Numbered from the stretch's first letter, positions 49,017 through 58,877 are shown. The stretch: 64,000 nt of DNA from Thermoproteota archaeon (GCA_037917675.1 JAVCBW010000025.1:48289-112288); one strand, 5' to 3'. Made by a program: numbers and translations. Notes: generated from the sequence alone by a model not told the origin.

Positions 49017-50048
49017 TTGGGTGTGAAACTTACCCCACTGGTGAAGGGGAAGGTTTGTGGGCTGGAGGAGCTATCGGGTAAGGTAATTGCTATAGATGCA
49101 TATAACTTCTTCTACCAGTTCCTTGCATCAATAAGGCAGCCAGATGGTACACCACTAATGGATAGTAGGGGTAGAATAACATCAGCGCATTCCGGCGCCT
49201 TCTATAGAACTGCTAACATGCTCAAAGTAGGGATAAAGCCAATATTTGTGTTCGATGGAGAACCTAGCCCGCTTAAGAAAGCTACACTGGAGGCCAGGAA
49301 GAAGATTAGAGAGGAAGCTATGGAAAGATGGATGGAGGCCCTAAGAGAAGGGAGAATAGAAGAAGCCAAGAAGTATGCTCAGGCAGCAATAGCGCTGGAC
49401 AAGGAAATGGTAGAGGACTTAGAGAGGCTTATAGACGCTCTAGGAGTACCAGTTGTACATGCGCCGAGCGAGGGAGAAGCACAGTCAGCTTACATTTGTA
49501 GAAAAGGGGAGGCTTGGGCTACAGCATCGCAAGACTACGACTCACTGGTGTTTGGGAGCCCTAGGCTCGTGAGAAATTTAGCAGTAGTTGGGCGAAGAAA
49601 GCTTCCTGGAAAGCAAGTATACATTAAAGTCTCACCGGAAGTGTTTGAGCTCGAGAAAATACTCAAAGAACTGGATATAAGCAGAGAACAGTTGGTTGCG
49701 TTAGCAATATTAGTCGGAACTGACTATAACCCTGGAGGCGTGCCTGGGATAGGACCAAAAAGAGCACTAAGCATGGTTAAAAAGAGTAAAAACATAGAGG
49801 ATGTATTTAGAGACATAAAGTGGGAGTTTGAAGTTGATCCGATGGAGATAGCCAGGATATTTCTTGAACCTGAAGTTACAGACAACTATATGCTTGAATG
49901 GAGGCCAGTAGATAGGGATAAGGTGGTTAGGATATTAGTAGATGAACATGACTTCAGTTTTGAGAGGGTTAGCAAGATACTTGATGAAGTAGAGGCAGCA
50001 TTGGAGAGCGTCAGAAAGAGGCGGAGCTTAGAAGCCTGGTTCAAATGA
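49017..50048 (+). CDS. fen: Flap endonuclease 1
   Basis: IDAYN, VFDG, EGEAQ, SQDYD, GTDYN, C-terminal SLEAWF. Confidence 0.96.
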   Translation: MGVKLTPLVKGKVCGLEELSGKVIAIDAYNFFYQFLASIRQPDGTPLMDSRGRITSAHSGAFYRTANMLKVGIKPIFVFDGEPSPLKKATLEARKKIREEAMERWMEALREGRIEEAKKYAQAAIALDKEMVEDLERLIDALGVPVVHAPSEGEAQSAYICRKGEAWATASQDYDSLVFGSPRLVRNLAVVGRRKLPGKQVYIKVSPEVFELEKILKELDISREQLVALAILVGTDYNPGGVPGIGPKRALSMVKKSKNIEDVFRDIKWEFEVDPMEIARIFLEPEVTDNYMLEWRPVDRDKVVRILVDEHDFSFERVSKILDEVEAALESVRKRRSLEAWFK

Positions 50049-50270
50049 GAGCTCACCATGCCTTGTGAGCTCAGCGACCAGAAAGTTATTTCTCCCTCTA
50101 TATACAACAATCATATCTGCAAGTTCTAGCTTTAGTAGTGCAGCCCTTAACTCAGTTTGAGTTACCTCTCTCAAGTACATTTTATGGAGTTCCTTTAATA
50201 GATCTGCTTCACTAACTCTTTTCAATCGAGACAACACACTAATAACTGCAGACTCTAAAAGCGAAATCAA
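50028..50270 (-). CDS. Small winged-helix-like hypothetical protein
   Basis: ELRAALLKLELADMIVV. Confidence 0.55.
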   Translation of the reverse strand: MISLLESAVISVLSRLKRVSEADLLKELHKMYLREVTQTELRAALLKLELADMIVVYRGRNNFLVAELTRHGELSFEPGF

Positions 50271-50361
50271 GCTCTCAAACCAGATAGATACTTCCGCTAT
50301 AGAACCCGACTATGGTTAGCTGCTCATAACTTTTAAAAGGATAGCGCTTTGCCTGCAAGAC

Positions 50362-50529
50362 TTGAAGTGCAGCAGATGTGGTAGAGAAACGAGTTATCTT
50401 AGCACATGCATCTTGTGTGGAAAGGCCTACTGTACAAGCTGCTTTATCCCCATGATGGGAGTATGCAAGAAATGTGCACCGAACTACGAGAAACTAGCTA
50501 GAGCACGCGGGTCACTCTCTCGACACTAA
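50362..50529 (+). CDS. Small four-CxxC zinc-finger protein (not in ORF track)
   Basis: MKCSRCG...CILCG..YCTSC...VCKKC, 55 aa; TTTTAAAA box upstream. Confidence 0.7.
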   Translation: MKCSRCGRETSYLSTCILCGKAYCTSCFIPMMGVCKKCAPNYEKLARARGSLSRH

Positions 50530-50761
50530 AGCTGCTTAACTTTGGAATCTCTCCAAGCACCCTTTCAACAGGTTCTGTTCCAAGAGCTTCATCCACGATG
50601 AGCCTCGCTATCACAGCAGATACCCCAAAAGCTACAGGCCTTTCCGAAACTTCTATGACCTCTGCTATTCCAGCTAATTTTGGTGACAATGAAGACTTCA
50701 CATCCTCTACTGCATCTGGGCTCTCTGGATATAAGGCCACTTCTAACATCACACGCCCCAA
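50498..50761 (-). CDS. ef1b: Translation elongation factor 1-beta
   Basis: YPESPD, PVAFGVSA; follows Zn-ribbon gene. Confidence 0.88.
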   Translation of the reverse strand: MGRVMLEVALYPESPDAVEDVKSSLSPKLAGIAEVIEVSERPVAFGVSAVIARLIVDEALGTEPVERVLGEIPKLSSFSVERVTRVL

Positions 50762-50770
50762 GCTACCACC

Positions 50771-50947
50771 TCATGGACCTACGAATGAGCAAGATGGACA
50801 GGTATATTCTCTCCCATACTGCCTGCAGACATAGCACCTTATGATTCTGGCAGTACCGCAGTTTGGGCAGTAGAAGGCTACAGCCCTGAGAATAGGCGAA
50901 ACCCTCCTACCACATGATATGCATGTAAACTGATCTCTAGCTGACAC
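50771..50947 (-). CDS. Zn-ribbon protein DUF1610/HVO_2753-like (not in ORF track)
   Basis: CISCG..FYCPNCG..IIRCYVCR..YTCPSCSFVGP, 58 aa. Confidence 0.88.
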   Translation of the reverse strand: MSARDQFTCISCGRRVSPILRAVAFYCPNCGTARIIRCYVCRQYGREYTCPSCSFVGP

Positions 50948-50956
50948 TTCCTCACC

Positions 50957-51961
50957 TCATAGGTCGCTTGCAATCCTCAGAATATAGGTTTTTCCCACTT
51001 TCTCCCTAGCTAACAAGCCTCTGTCAACGAGAGAGTTGACAAGCCTAGAGACCTTAGGCCTATTAAACCCGGTCATGGCTGGCAGATCCTCCTGCTTGAC
51101 CTCTCCTACTCTAGCTATGGACTCTATAATAGCTCTCTCCTCAGGATCTAGGTGCTTAAGAATTAAAGATAGTTTGGCTGAAACATGAGACCTAGAGTAG
51201 AAGAATACTGCATAAGAAATAGAGAATCCCATAATAACTGCTAGGACATGGCTTACTACGGTTTTCCATGGTACTCTCAGCTTATACCTGTATATGAAGG
51301 GGGCAGGGGCTTCTCTTGTAAGGTTTATCAGCTTACATCTCACGCCTACATCTTCTAATTCCATAGATATTCTAGCAAAATGGTTGCTTAGCCCGACAAC
51401 ATAGCACTCGCTTGGGTGGATCAGCCCGTCTCTAATTGCTTGTAGAAGAACAGATGGCACAGGCTCTGTTTGAGAGGAGAAGATTATTGGTGCATCAAGC
51501 TCCCTTGAGAGAACAAGACAAGGCAAGTATACAGAAGTATCCCAGCCATCAGCTAGTATTATGCAATCAGCATCAGGCCATAACCTCCATGTGAAGTCTA
51601 CTGAGGTCTCTATCCTGCGAACTCCAGCTATCCTCACCACATTGAGGCCTAGTGCTGAAAGATCCTCCTCAACGCTGCTGGATATAGCTAGAGTATCTCC
51701 AACTATGAGAACTCTCCCACTCCCTAGCCTAGCTAGCCCTCTCAGCAGCTCCCTTGTCTCGCTAGTAAGTACAGACCTCTCAACAACAGTGAGTACAGGA
51801 ATGCCTTGTTTCTGAGCATACGCCATAGCGATAACCCAATCAGGGTATATGTCTCCCCTGACTAAGATAGCTGAGAAGAATTGCTGATAGGAGGATACTC
51901 CCATAGTAAGAAGCGTTAATCCCATAAGGAGTATGATAGAGAACATAGAGAGAAGCTTCAT
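50957..51961 (-). CDS. Membrane-spanning regulator: cell-wall-binding-2-like domain, TM, C-terminal HTH
   Basis: Signal peptide; RIAGVRRIETS; TM; KQEDL...PKVSRLVNSLVDRGL. Confidence 0.7.
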   Translation of the reverse strand: MKLLSMFSIILLMGLTLLTMGVSSYQQFFSAILVRGDIYPDWVIAMAYAQKQGIPVLTVVERSVLTSETRELLRGLARLGSGRVLIVGDTLAISSSVEEDLSALGLNVVRIAGVRRIETSVDFTWRLWPDADCIILADGWDTSVYLPCLVLSRELDAPIIFSSQTEPVPSVLLQAIRDGLIHPSECYVVGLSNHFARISMELEDVGVRCKLINLTREAPAPFIYRYKLRVPWKTVVSHVLAVIMGFSISYAVFFYSRSHVSAKLSLILKHLDPEERAIIESIARVGEVKQEDLPAMTGFNRPKVSRLVNSLVDRGLLAREKVGKTYILRIASDL

Positions 51962-52003
51962 ATCAACCCCATTTCACTAAGACTGTACAAGATAAACTTA
52001 ATG

Positions 52004-52099
52004 CGGGCCCGGAGGGACTCGAACCCTCGACCCCCGGGTTTAGGTCTACAACTCCCCTGACTAAGAGCCCGGTGCTCTACCTAACTGAGCTACGGGCCC
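52004..52099 (-). tRNA. tRNA-Lys(CTT) with 22-nt anticodon-loop insertion (possibly nested introns)
   Basis: CCGGG/CCCGG stem enclosing a 29-nt loop starting CTCTTA; G73. Confidence 0.8.
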
Positions 52100-52844
52100 A
52101 GCTAATTTGCATAGGCAGCGTTTAAAAAGTTATCGAGCAAGCCATCATTAAGCTTTTTCCGAAAGTTCAAGCTCACAGGCTACTCACGTTACTTCATCCC
52201 TAGGAAGTTTGGCTGTTTTCCTGTGTCAATACCCTATCACCTGCCTAACTAGTAAAACATTCCTGAATATGCCATGAGAGTGATTAGCCATGTGGACGCG
52301 ATCAGGACACGCCTGCAAGCAATATGCAAGGATCTAGTAGATCCTTGTATACCTTAACATGAGGTACATCATCTAAGGGAAGCGAGGTTCTAATAACACA
52401 GTGATGCTTGTCTGGATCTGCATCTGGGACGCATGTAACGAAGGCAGCTTTAACCATGTAATCACCGCATTCAATGACGGTTCTCTGAATAATAGAAGAG
52501 TTAGGTTATTATGAAGATCTTGCTTCAAACCCTATCACAGTAACAGCTTGAGAGCTATAAAGTGCTCAGGGATAAGATCATGACCCTAAAATGCTGTTTC
52601 TGCCATCCTTAAATGCACTTGCTCATCTCCTCTTTAAGGCTATAGCTTTTCTTTACTGTCAACAAGAAGATGAATAGAAGTTGTGAGAAAATGATATTTA
52701 TGCTATTCTAGATATGGTTAAGTGCTTTGTAGAGATGCTTGATGAGAAAAAAGCAAATGTTTAGATATGGATGAGACACACTATGTTGGAAGCTTGAAAG
52801 TAAAGTTCCATTTCACACTAGAACAGCTTTTACAGCATTAAAGG

Positions 52845-52941
52845 TGGACCGGGCGGGATTTGAACCCGCGGCCTCCGCGTGCCCCGGAGAGATGCGATAC
52901 CGCTACCAGCGCGGCGATCTACCAGGCTGATCTACCGGCCC
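52845..52941 (-). tRNA. tRNA-Ala(CGC) with 11-nt 32/33 and 12-nt 37/38 introns
   Basis: G3.U70; helices CCGC/GCGG and CTCG/CGGG. Confidence 0.88.
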
Positions 52942-52976
52942 ATTCCTATGCTTGCTTGAGGAGCTATAAAAAGTAG

Positions 52977-54179
52977 CTACTCTATGGCGTATCGTAGTAT
53001 GGCAGCTATCCCACCTAATTTCTGCAGCTGCTCTCCCCATTCTGTCTTATGTGTTACGATGATCAAGGTTGCTTTTGTTTGCGTAGCTTGCTCTTCTATC
53101 TTTTCAAGAAAATCTTCTCCCTTCACCTCTTTTATGTCTGAGCTGCCACATTGAGGGCATTTAGAGACTCCATTTGGTTTAAAGAAAAATCCACAGCTAT
53201 TGCAGCATGCGAGAATCTCGTCTACAAGCGACTCTAAGGCAACAAGTTTATCAACAGCTCTGGTTAGAAGAGCTTTCTCTACTGGGACTATCCCATAGGC
53301 GACAAGCCTGCTATCTTTAGAGAGCCTCTCAAACACCTCTTGGACGGCTTCACGCTCCCTGTAGATCCTGGCATCTGATAGTAAGGGCTTAGCCTTGTAG
53401 ATGGCCTCTCTGACTCCTGTTTCTCCTGTGTATCCCGTATCGATAAGGCCTATAACCTTTTGCTTAAGCATGTAGTTTAGATAGTCGCCAGCAGCAAACT
53501 CCTCCTTAGCATCTCCAGGCCCTGCTATAATTATGTGTTTGAGTTCCTTTATCGGAAGCAGAATTTTATTTGCATGCTCACCTAGCCTGACATAGTATCT
53601 TTTAACGGCTTCTTCTCTCCCCCTCTCAAACCTCCTCTGAGACTGCCCTCCAGCTCTGTGTTTGCTTGGGACATCCGAGTACAGCTCATCGACTATTTTA
53701 TATGAGGCCCCCTTTATGAGAGCTATAGCAGCCCCGCCTCTATCCATGACTATTACCGCATAGACCTCTTTTTCCTCTAGCTGGGCTTCTAAGGGCTCTA
53801 GATAGAACTCTGAGCTACATCTATAAATGAATGATGTAATCGGCTCGGGAGGCTCTAGTGCGGTAAGCTCTATCTTCTCTTCTCCACGAACATCCCCATA
53901 GGAAACTGCTCCACAGAATATTGCTAGACCATTTTCTGGCGTTGACTTGTATAGCTTAAGGTGTTGGAGTATGGATCTTATTGCAGCCTGAACATTCTTC
54001 CTTGTATTTTTGTCCTTTATGTTGCTGGCTTGGCTATACTCAAATCTCAGATATCTAGTGACCTCATGCAGGCTTCTTTCAGCAGGTATGTATAAGGATA
54101 TGAGCTCAGTTCCCCATCCCTTCTTGGACTTGAGGGCTCTTAACAACCTCTTTAGATGAAGTCTACTAATCTTAGCCAT
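52977..54179 (-). CDS. prf1: Peptide chain release factor aRF1
   Basis: GTELISLYIP, ASNIKD, YRCSSEF, GGQSQRRF. Confidence 0.96.
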   Translation of the reverse strand: MAKISRLHLKRLLRALKSKKGWGTELISLYIPAERSLHEVTRYLRFEYSQASNIKDKNTRKNVQAAIRSILQHLKLYKSTPENGLAIFCGAVSYGDVRGEEKIELTALEPPEPITSFIYRCSSEFYLEPLEAQLEEKEVYAVIVMDRGGAAIALIKGASYKIVDELYSDVPSKHRAGGQSQRRFERGREEAVKRYYVRLGEHANKILLPIKELKHIIIAGPGDAKEEFAAGDYLNYMLKQKVIGLIDTGYTGETGVREAIYKAKPLLSDARIYREREAVQEVFERLSKDSRLVAYGIVPVEKALLTRAVDKLVALESLVDEILACCNSCGFFFKPNGVSKCPQCGSSDIKEVKGEDFLEKIEEQATQTKATLIIVTHKTEWGEQLQKLGGIAAILRYAIE

Positions 54180-54420
54180 TTCACCTCTACCTTCTACAAG
54201 CTCTACTGGACAGCTCGACACCTCTCTTAAAAGCTAACAGCTGCCTTGCGAGCTAGCATGGTGAGAAGGAAGGCAGCTGGTATTCTATGAGAAGAGTGAG
54301 CAGTACTAGAGTGCAGAAGATGTTAAGTATTCTGATCCCTCTTAACCTCAACATACATCCTTAGAGAAGCTGCTCTGAATGTTTATTACTTCTTGCTTAA
54401 GCAGAAATATGGTGGGGGAG

Positions 54421-54591
54421 ATGGAAGCTAGATGCCCATGGTGTGGGGCATCTATATCGGTTTCACCCTCTGTGACAAGATTCTGCCCAGTATGCAGGAT
54501 GCCAATAATAGTCAAGGTAGTTAGAGGAACAGGGGGGTCTTTCTCGATAATTGTGCAACAAGACAGAAGACCTTCTAGAGCAAGGAGGTAG
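54421..54591 (+). CDS. Small Zn-ribbon protein
   Basis: CPWCG..FCPVC; RBS GGTGGGGGAG. Confidence 0.55.
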   Translation: MEARCPWCGASISVSPSVTRFCPVCRMPIIVKVVRGTGGSFSIIVQQDRRPSRARR

Positions 54592-54597
54592 AGGGAA

Positions 54598-55413
54598 GTG
54601 AGGGGTGGAAAACGAGACATAGCTTACTACATAGGAGAAATAGCATATAGGATAGCGACTATAGGAATACCGCTCTACGAGAGGTATCTACTTGGGAAGA
54701 TAGAGAGGAGGGGAGAGCTACCTAGACACATTGGGATCATCCCAGATGGGAACAGGAGATATGCTAGGGAAGCTGGCATCCCTCTGAGGGAAGCCTATGA
54801 GAGAGGAGCAGAGAAGCTCAGAGAGGTTTTGGAGTGGTGTCTAGAGCTTGGGATTAAGTGCGTAACAGTATATGCATTCTCAACGGAAAACTTCCAGAGG
54901 CCAAGAGAGCAGGTGGAAATAGCCATAGATCTCCTAACTAAGAAGATAGTTGAGGTCGCAGACCACCCGCTTATACACGAAAACAAGGTGAGAATCAATG
55001 TTATTGGTAGAAAAGATGTCCTCCCAGAGAAGCTAAGGAAGGCTGTAGAGTATGCTGAAAGCAGGACAAGAAGCTATAGCGATAGGTATCTGAATATAGC
55101 AGTCGGGTATGGCGGGAGAGCTGAGCTTGTTGATGCTGTAAAAAAGATAGCTGAAGATGTAAGAAGAGGTATCATTTTTCCAGACCAGATAGACGAGGAA
55201 GTTGTAAGCAAATACCTTTATACAGCGGGGCTTCCTGACCCAGACCTCATAATAAGGACATCTGGAGAGGAAAGGCTCTCTGGGTTTCTGCTCTGGCAGT
55301 CAGCTTACTCAGAACTATACTTCTGTGATGTCTACATGCCTAAGTTCAGGAAGATCGATTTTCTACGGGCGATACGAGTCTATCAGCAGAGGCATAGGAG
55401 ATTCGGTAGATAG
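54598..55413 (+). CDS. uppS: Cis-prenyltransferase (UppS family)
   Basis: HIGIIPDGNRR, FSTENF, YGGR, IIRTSGEERLSGFL. Confidence 0.95.
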   Translation: MRGGKRDIAYYIGEIAYRIATIGIPLYERYLLGKIERRGELPRHIGIIPDGNRRYAREAGIPLREAYERGAEKLREVLEWCLELGIKCVTVYAFSTENFQRPREQVEIAIDLLTKKIVEVADHPLIHENKVRINVIGRKDVLPEKLRKAVEYAESRTRSYSDRYLNIAVGYGGRAELVDAVKKIAEDVRRGIIFPDQIDEEVVSKYLYTAGLPDPDLIIRTSGEERLSGFLLWQSAYSELYFCDVYMPKFRKIDFLRAIRVYQQRHRRFGR

Positions 55414-55444
55414 GTAAATTACTGGAGCAGCAAGGTGCAGGGGG

Positions 55445-55816
55445 GTGATTATGGCTACTGCACCAATCCCTCCTAAGATGCAGGAGAAGTATAAGAAGCT
55501 CGAGGAGATAGCTAGACAGCTCAGGAATATGACAGCTACCCTTAGAGTAGTCCAAGATAACCTAGAGCAGCTTGAGAACACGCTTACTAGACTGGAGGAG
55601 ACTCCAGATGATGCTAGGATCTTTGAGAGCATAGGGAGCTTTCTAGTTGAAACTGAGAAGAGCAAGGCAGTAGCTAGGCTTAGAGAGCAGATTGAGAGAT
55701 ATAGAGCATATATAAAGGGGCTCAAGAAGAGGATAAAAGAGGCTGAGAAAGAGTATAACACGCTTGCACAAGAGCTAGCAGGCAGTCTAGCTGTACCACC
55801 AGCTACTGCTGGCTGA
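55445..55816 (+). CDS. pfdB: Prefoldin beta subunit
   Basis: Coiled coil-hairpin (IFESIGSFLV)-coiled coil. Confidence 0.8.
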   Translation: MIMATAPIPPKMQEKYKKLEEIARQLRNMTATLRVVQDNLEQLENTLTRLEETPDDARIFESIGSFLVETEKSKAVARLREQIERYRAYIKGLKKRIKEAEKEYNTLAQELAGSLAVPPATAG

Positions 55817-57215
55817 CTTCCTCTAGAGTTTTCTCAAACATTTCCATGAACTTTTCAGCAAGTGCGCGTGGTATCTGGCCGCCAGCAGCTTGAGTATGCC
55901 CTCCTCCTTCACCACCTAGCTTGCTACATATCTCACGCATGATAGTTCCTAAGTTCGGGGAGGTCCTTCCAGGAGTTAGCCTGGCAGATATCTTCACCTT
56001 TTCATTATCTGATCTAGCTAGCCCAATCACAGCGACAGCATAGCTGAACTCTCTGAAGCCACTCATTATAGTCGTCACAGTACTGATGATCGTATCCTTT
56101 ATGTCTGAAGATCCTAGTAGAAAGACAGCTTTACCAGCTTTCACTATCCTGCTCTCCCTGTTAGACATAAGCAGAGATATCGCTCTCCTTAGGTCCTCTC
56201 TGTATGCTGATAAAGCCTCTCGACATTTGTCTGCGTAGAGCCTAGGAGATATCGAGGCCAAGATGGCTATAGACCCTTGTTCTGTCTTTCCACATGCGTT
56301 AAGCATCTCACTCATGTTTCTCAGGTCATGAAAAACATTGAAGCTGGATTTCTCAGTTATAGGGTAGGTGTAGCCGAAAATGCTCTTTGCTTCATCTTCA
56401 CTTAACCCAACAGCTATCATGTATTTTACAAGCTCTGTTGCTAACCTCCTCTTCTCCGAGTCACTTAGGTCAGAGAGCCTAGTCCATCTCTCCTCCTTAA
56501 ATGGTGGTATCCCGAGGTCATATAGGAACTTGTAGCAGCGGCTTTCATCTCCAGTCAGCCCTGGTATGAATGGGTTGCTTGTATTCAGTAGAGCAAATAG
56601 CAGAGGAGTGCTGCTGCCACCAGACAACCTTAAACCTAGCTTCTGCTCGACAACACCAAGCTTCAAGCATTCTTCTAGTATTTCTCTGTTAACCCCAAGA
56701 AAGCTCCCCTTCTCGCCTTTATCTTGGAGATCTCCTATAGCACCAGCTAAGGCTAATACGGCGCTATCAGGGTCCTCCTTTAGAACAGAGAAAACCAGAT
56801 AGGTTAGGCCTGAGCTGCTTACCTCTAGTCCCCCATTCACACCATACATCCAGGCATTGATATGTACTACACTTCTCTCCTGGCTTAGACTAGGTGGCTG
56901 ATGGTGGTCTATTATGATAGTCGGCTTGCCTATCTTTGATAAGGCATCAATGTGAGATGAGCCTAGGTCTAGGAGGAGGAAAACATCATATGCTGAAGCT
57001 CCTGTAGAGGCTATTGCTGAAACCATGTTCCTTTCAAGCTGCTTAATTGGAGTATAGTGGAAGAAGAGGCCCTTCTTGAAGAGGTATCGACAAGCTATTC
57101 CAGCAGATGACAGGCCATCAGCATCTATGTGAGATAACACCCTAATACAGCTTGCCCCACTTAGAACATCTTCAACTCTGCCTGCTACATCAGCTAGCTG
57201 TTCTCTTATTTCCAT
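55803..57215 (-). CDS. RecJ-like DHH phosphoesterase
   Basis: HIDADG, DLGS, IDHH, GGGHTQAAG; downstream of uS15. Confidence 0.9.
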   Translation of the reverse strand: MEIREQLADVAGRVEDVLSGASCIRVLSHIDADGLSSAGIACRYLFKKGLFFHYTPIKQLERNMVSAIASTGASAYDVFLLLDLGSSHIDALSKIGKPTIIIDHHQPPSLSQERSVVHINAWMYGVNGGLEVSSSGLTYLVFSVLKEDPDSAVLALAGAIGDLQDKGEKGSFLGVNREILEECLKLGVVEQKLGLRLSGGSSTPLLFALLNTSNPFIPGLTGDESRCYKFLYDLGIPPFKEERWTRLSDLSDSEKRRLATELVKYMIAVGLSEDEAKSIFGYTYPITEKSSFNVFHDLRNMSEMLNACGKTEQGSIAILASISPRLYADKCREALSAYREDLRRAISLLMSNRESRIVKAGKAVFLLGSSDIKDTIISTVTTIMSGFREFSYAVAVIGLARSDNEKVKISARLTPGRTSPNLGTIMREICSKLGGEGGGHTQAAGGQIPRALAEKFMEMFEKTLEEVSQQ

Positions 57216-57232
57216 ATAGGGATCCTCAGCCT

Positions 57233-57676
57233 TCAGATGGTTAAGTGTTGCCTGAGATCCCAGTCTGGTGGCAGAACCCCCTCACGCTTATAGTACTTTA
57301 CTAGCCTCCTTATCTTAGCTTCTACAAGCTGGAGGTTCCTCTTGTTATGGATATCCTTTCCATGCTCCTTAAGATGCCTCATTATCCTCCTAGCCTTATT
57401 TATGAGATTAGCTAGATCCTCGGGGACTTGTGGAGCTAAGCCATGTTTTTCTAGTATCTTAGTGAGCTTTACACCAAGTACTCGCTTGACGAGAGGGATG
57501 CCGTAGCTGTCTCTCAGGATCAGCCCTATTCGGGATGGAGGAACCCCTCTCTTGGCTAAATCTACGATTACCTCCTCTATTTCAGCTGCTTTCATCCTAG
57601 TCCAGCTAGGAACCACTGTTGGAGGTGGCCTATTGGAGTGAGACTGACCCTTTCTCCTAGCGTGCATCCTGCCCAT
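57233..57676 (-). CDS. rps15: 30S ribosomal protein uS15
   Basis: GRMHARRKGQS, IGLILRD, VPEDL, RRLVKYYK. Confidence 0.96.
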   Translation of the reverse strand: MGRMHARRKGQSHSNRPPPTVVPSWTRMKAAEIEEVIVDLAKRGVPPSRIGLILRDSYGIPLVKRVLGVKLTKILEKHGLAPQVPEDLANLINKARRIMRHLKEHGKDIHNKRNLQLVEAKIRRLVKYYKREGVLPPDWDLRQHLTI

Positions 57677-57684
57677 TCTTTCCC

Positions 57685-58257
57685 TCACTTAGCCCATTTC
57701 CGTGATGATATATATGCTGCTAGCTTCCTTAATGCTTTAGCCCTATGGGACACTCTGTCTTTTAGAGCCCCCAGCTCGGCATATGTCTCGCCAGAAGACT
57801 CCAGCGGAACAAATATGGGGTCAAAGCCCCAGCCTGCATTTCCACGCTCCTTTAAAGCGATGTAGCCTTTTACCTCTGCCTCTATCACATGGGTTCTGTC
57901 AGATGGATCCACTACTGCGAGAACAGATCTAAATTTCGCTCTTCTATCTTTTACTCCACTCATAATCTTGAGTATGCCATCGCATCCGAGGGTCTTGTAT
58001 ACATATGATGAGTATGGGCCAGGGAATCCATTTAGTGCATGGATCTCTAGAGCAGAGTCCTCTATGAAAAATGGTCGGTAACTGAGCTCCTTGGACAGCA
58101 GTCTAGCACTACTCACTGCAACTTCCCTTATGCTAGGCTTCTGAAGCTCAGGGTACTCTCTTAGCTCGATGTTCACGAGAATGCCTAGAGATTCGAGGAT
58201 TCGCTTGCATTCAGTAGCCTTATTCCTATTAGAAGTGACAAAGAGGATCGCTTTCAA
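57685..58257 (-). CDS. XTP/dITP diphosphatase (Ham1/RdgB)
   Basis: TSNRNK, EDSAL, GFPGPYS, GFDPIF, SHRAKA. Confidence 0.94.
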   Translation of the reverse strand: MKAILFVTSNRNKATECKRILESLGILVNIELREYPELQKPSIREVAVSSARLLSKELSYRPFFIEDSALEIHALNGFPGPYSSYVYKTLGCDGILKIMSGVKDRRAKFRSVLAVVDPSDRTHVIEAEVKGYIALKERGNAGWGFDPIFVPLESSGETYAELGALKDRVSHRAKALRKLAAYISSRKWAK

Positions 58258-58877
58258 GACCTATACCTCCCTCTAAGATATATGTCATAGGCTCTTCTCA
58301 ATATAGCTGCTGCGTCTCCTCTTGTCTCAGCATACCCTCTGTTAAATGCAGCTATCCCATCATGATATACTTCAGGATGTGTAGAGTCCATACACCGGTA
58401 GAAGAGATGTATGTCCTCACCCTGGTCTTCAACTCTCTTAGAATAGAAGCTAAGGCCGAAATCTATCAAGTAAAGCCTTCCCTTAGACAAAATGACATTT
58501 GATGTAGTTAAGTCGCCATGGACTATCCCTGTGGAGTGCAGCTTCCCAATCATTGCCCCAAGATCTCTTAGAAGCGTGACATTGGCTCTAGATAACACAG
58601 TCTTCAGAGTTTGCCCTGGGATGTACTCCATGACTATGGTAGCTTTATCTAGGTCAATGTATAGGACAGCAGGGCATAGGACACCAGCCTGCTTAGCATC
58701 ACACATAATCTTAGCCTCTACAACAGTTCTATGCTTCCTTAGCCACTCGTCTAGCTCTTTTACCCTATATCGCTTAGACCTCCTCACCTTGAAGACAGAT
58801 GGTATACCTAGGAACATGCCTTTGATAAGGATTGCCTCAGCCCCAGCAGCTATGACCTGACATTTAGCTATCTCCAA
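58254..58877 (-). CDS. bud32: KEOPS kinase Bud32
   Basis: GAEA, HGDLTTSN, IDFGL, RGRY. Confidence 0.94.
   Translation of the reverse strand: MEIAKCQVIAAGAEAILIKGMFLGIPSVFKVRRSKRYRVKELDEWLRKHRTVVEAKIMCDAKQAGVLCPAVLYIDLDKATIVMEYIPGQTLKTVLSRANVTLLRDLGAMIGKLHSTGIVHGDLTTSNVILSKGRLYLIDFGLSFYSKRVEDQGEDIHLFYRCMDSTHPEVYHDGIAAFNRGYAETRGDAAAILRRAYDIYLRGRYRS

Noticed and set aside
52130-52840. Replication origin
   Set aside because: No repeated ORB-like motifs and no adjacent cdc6/orc1
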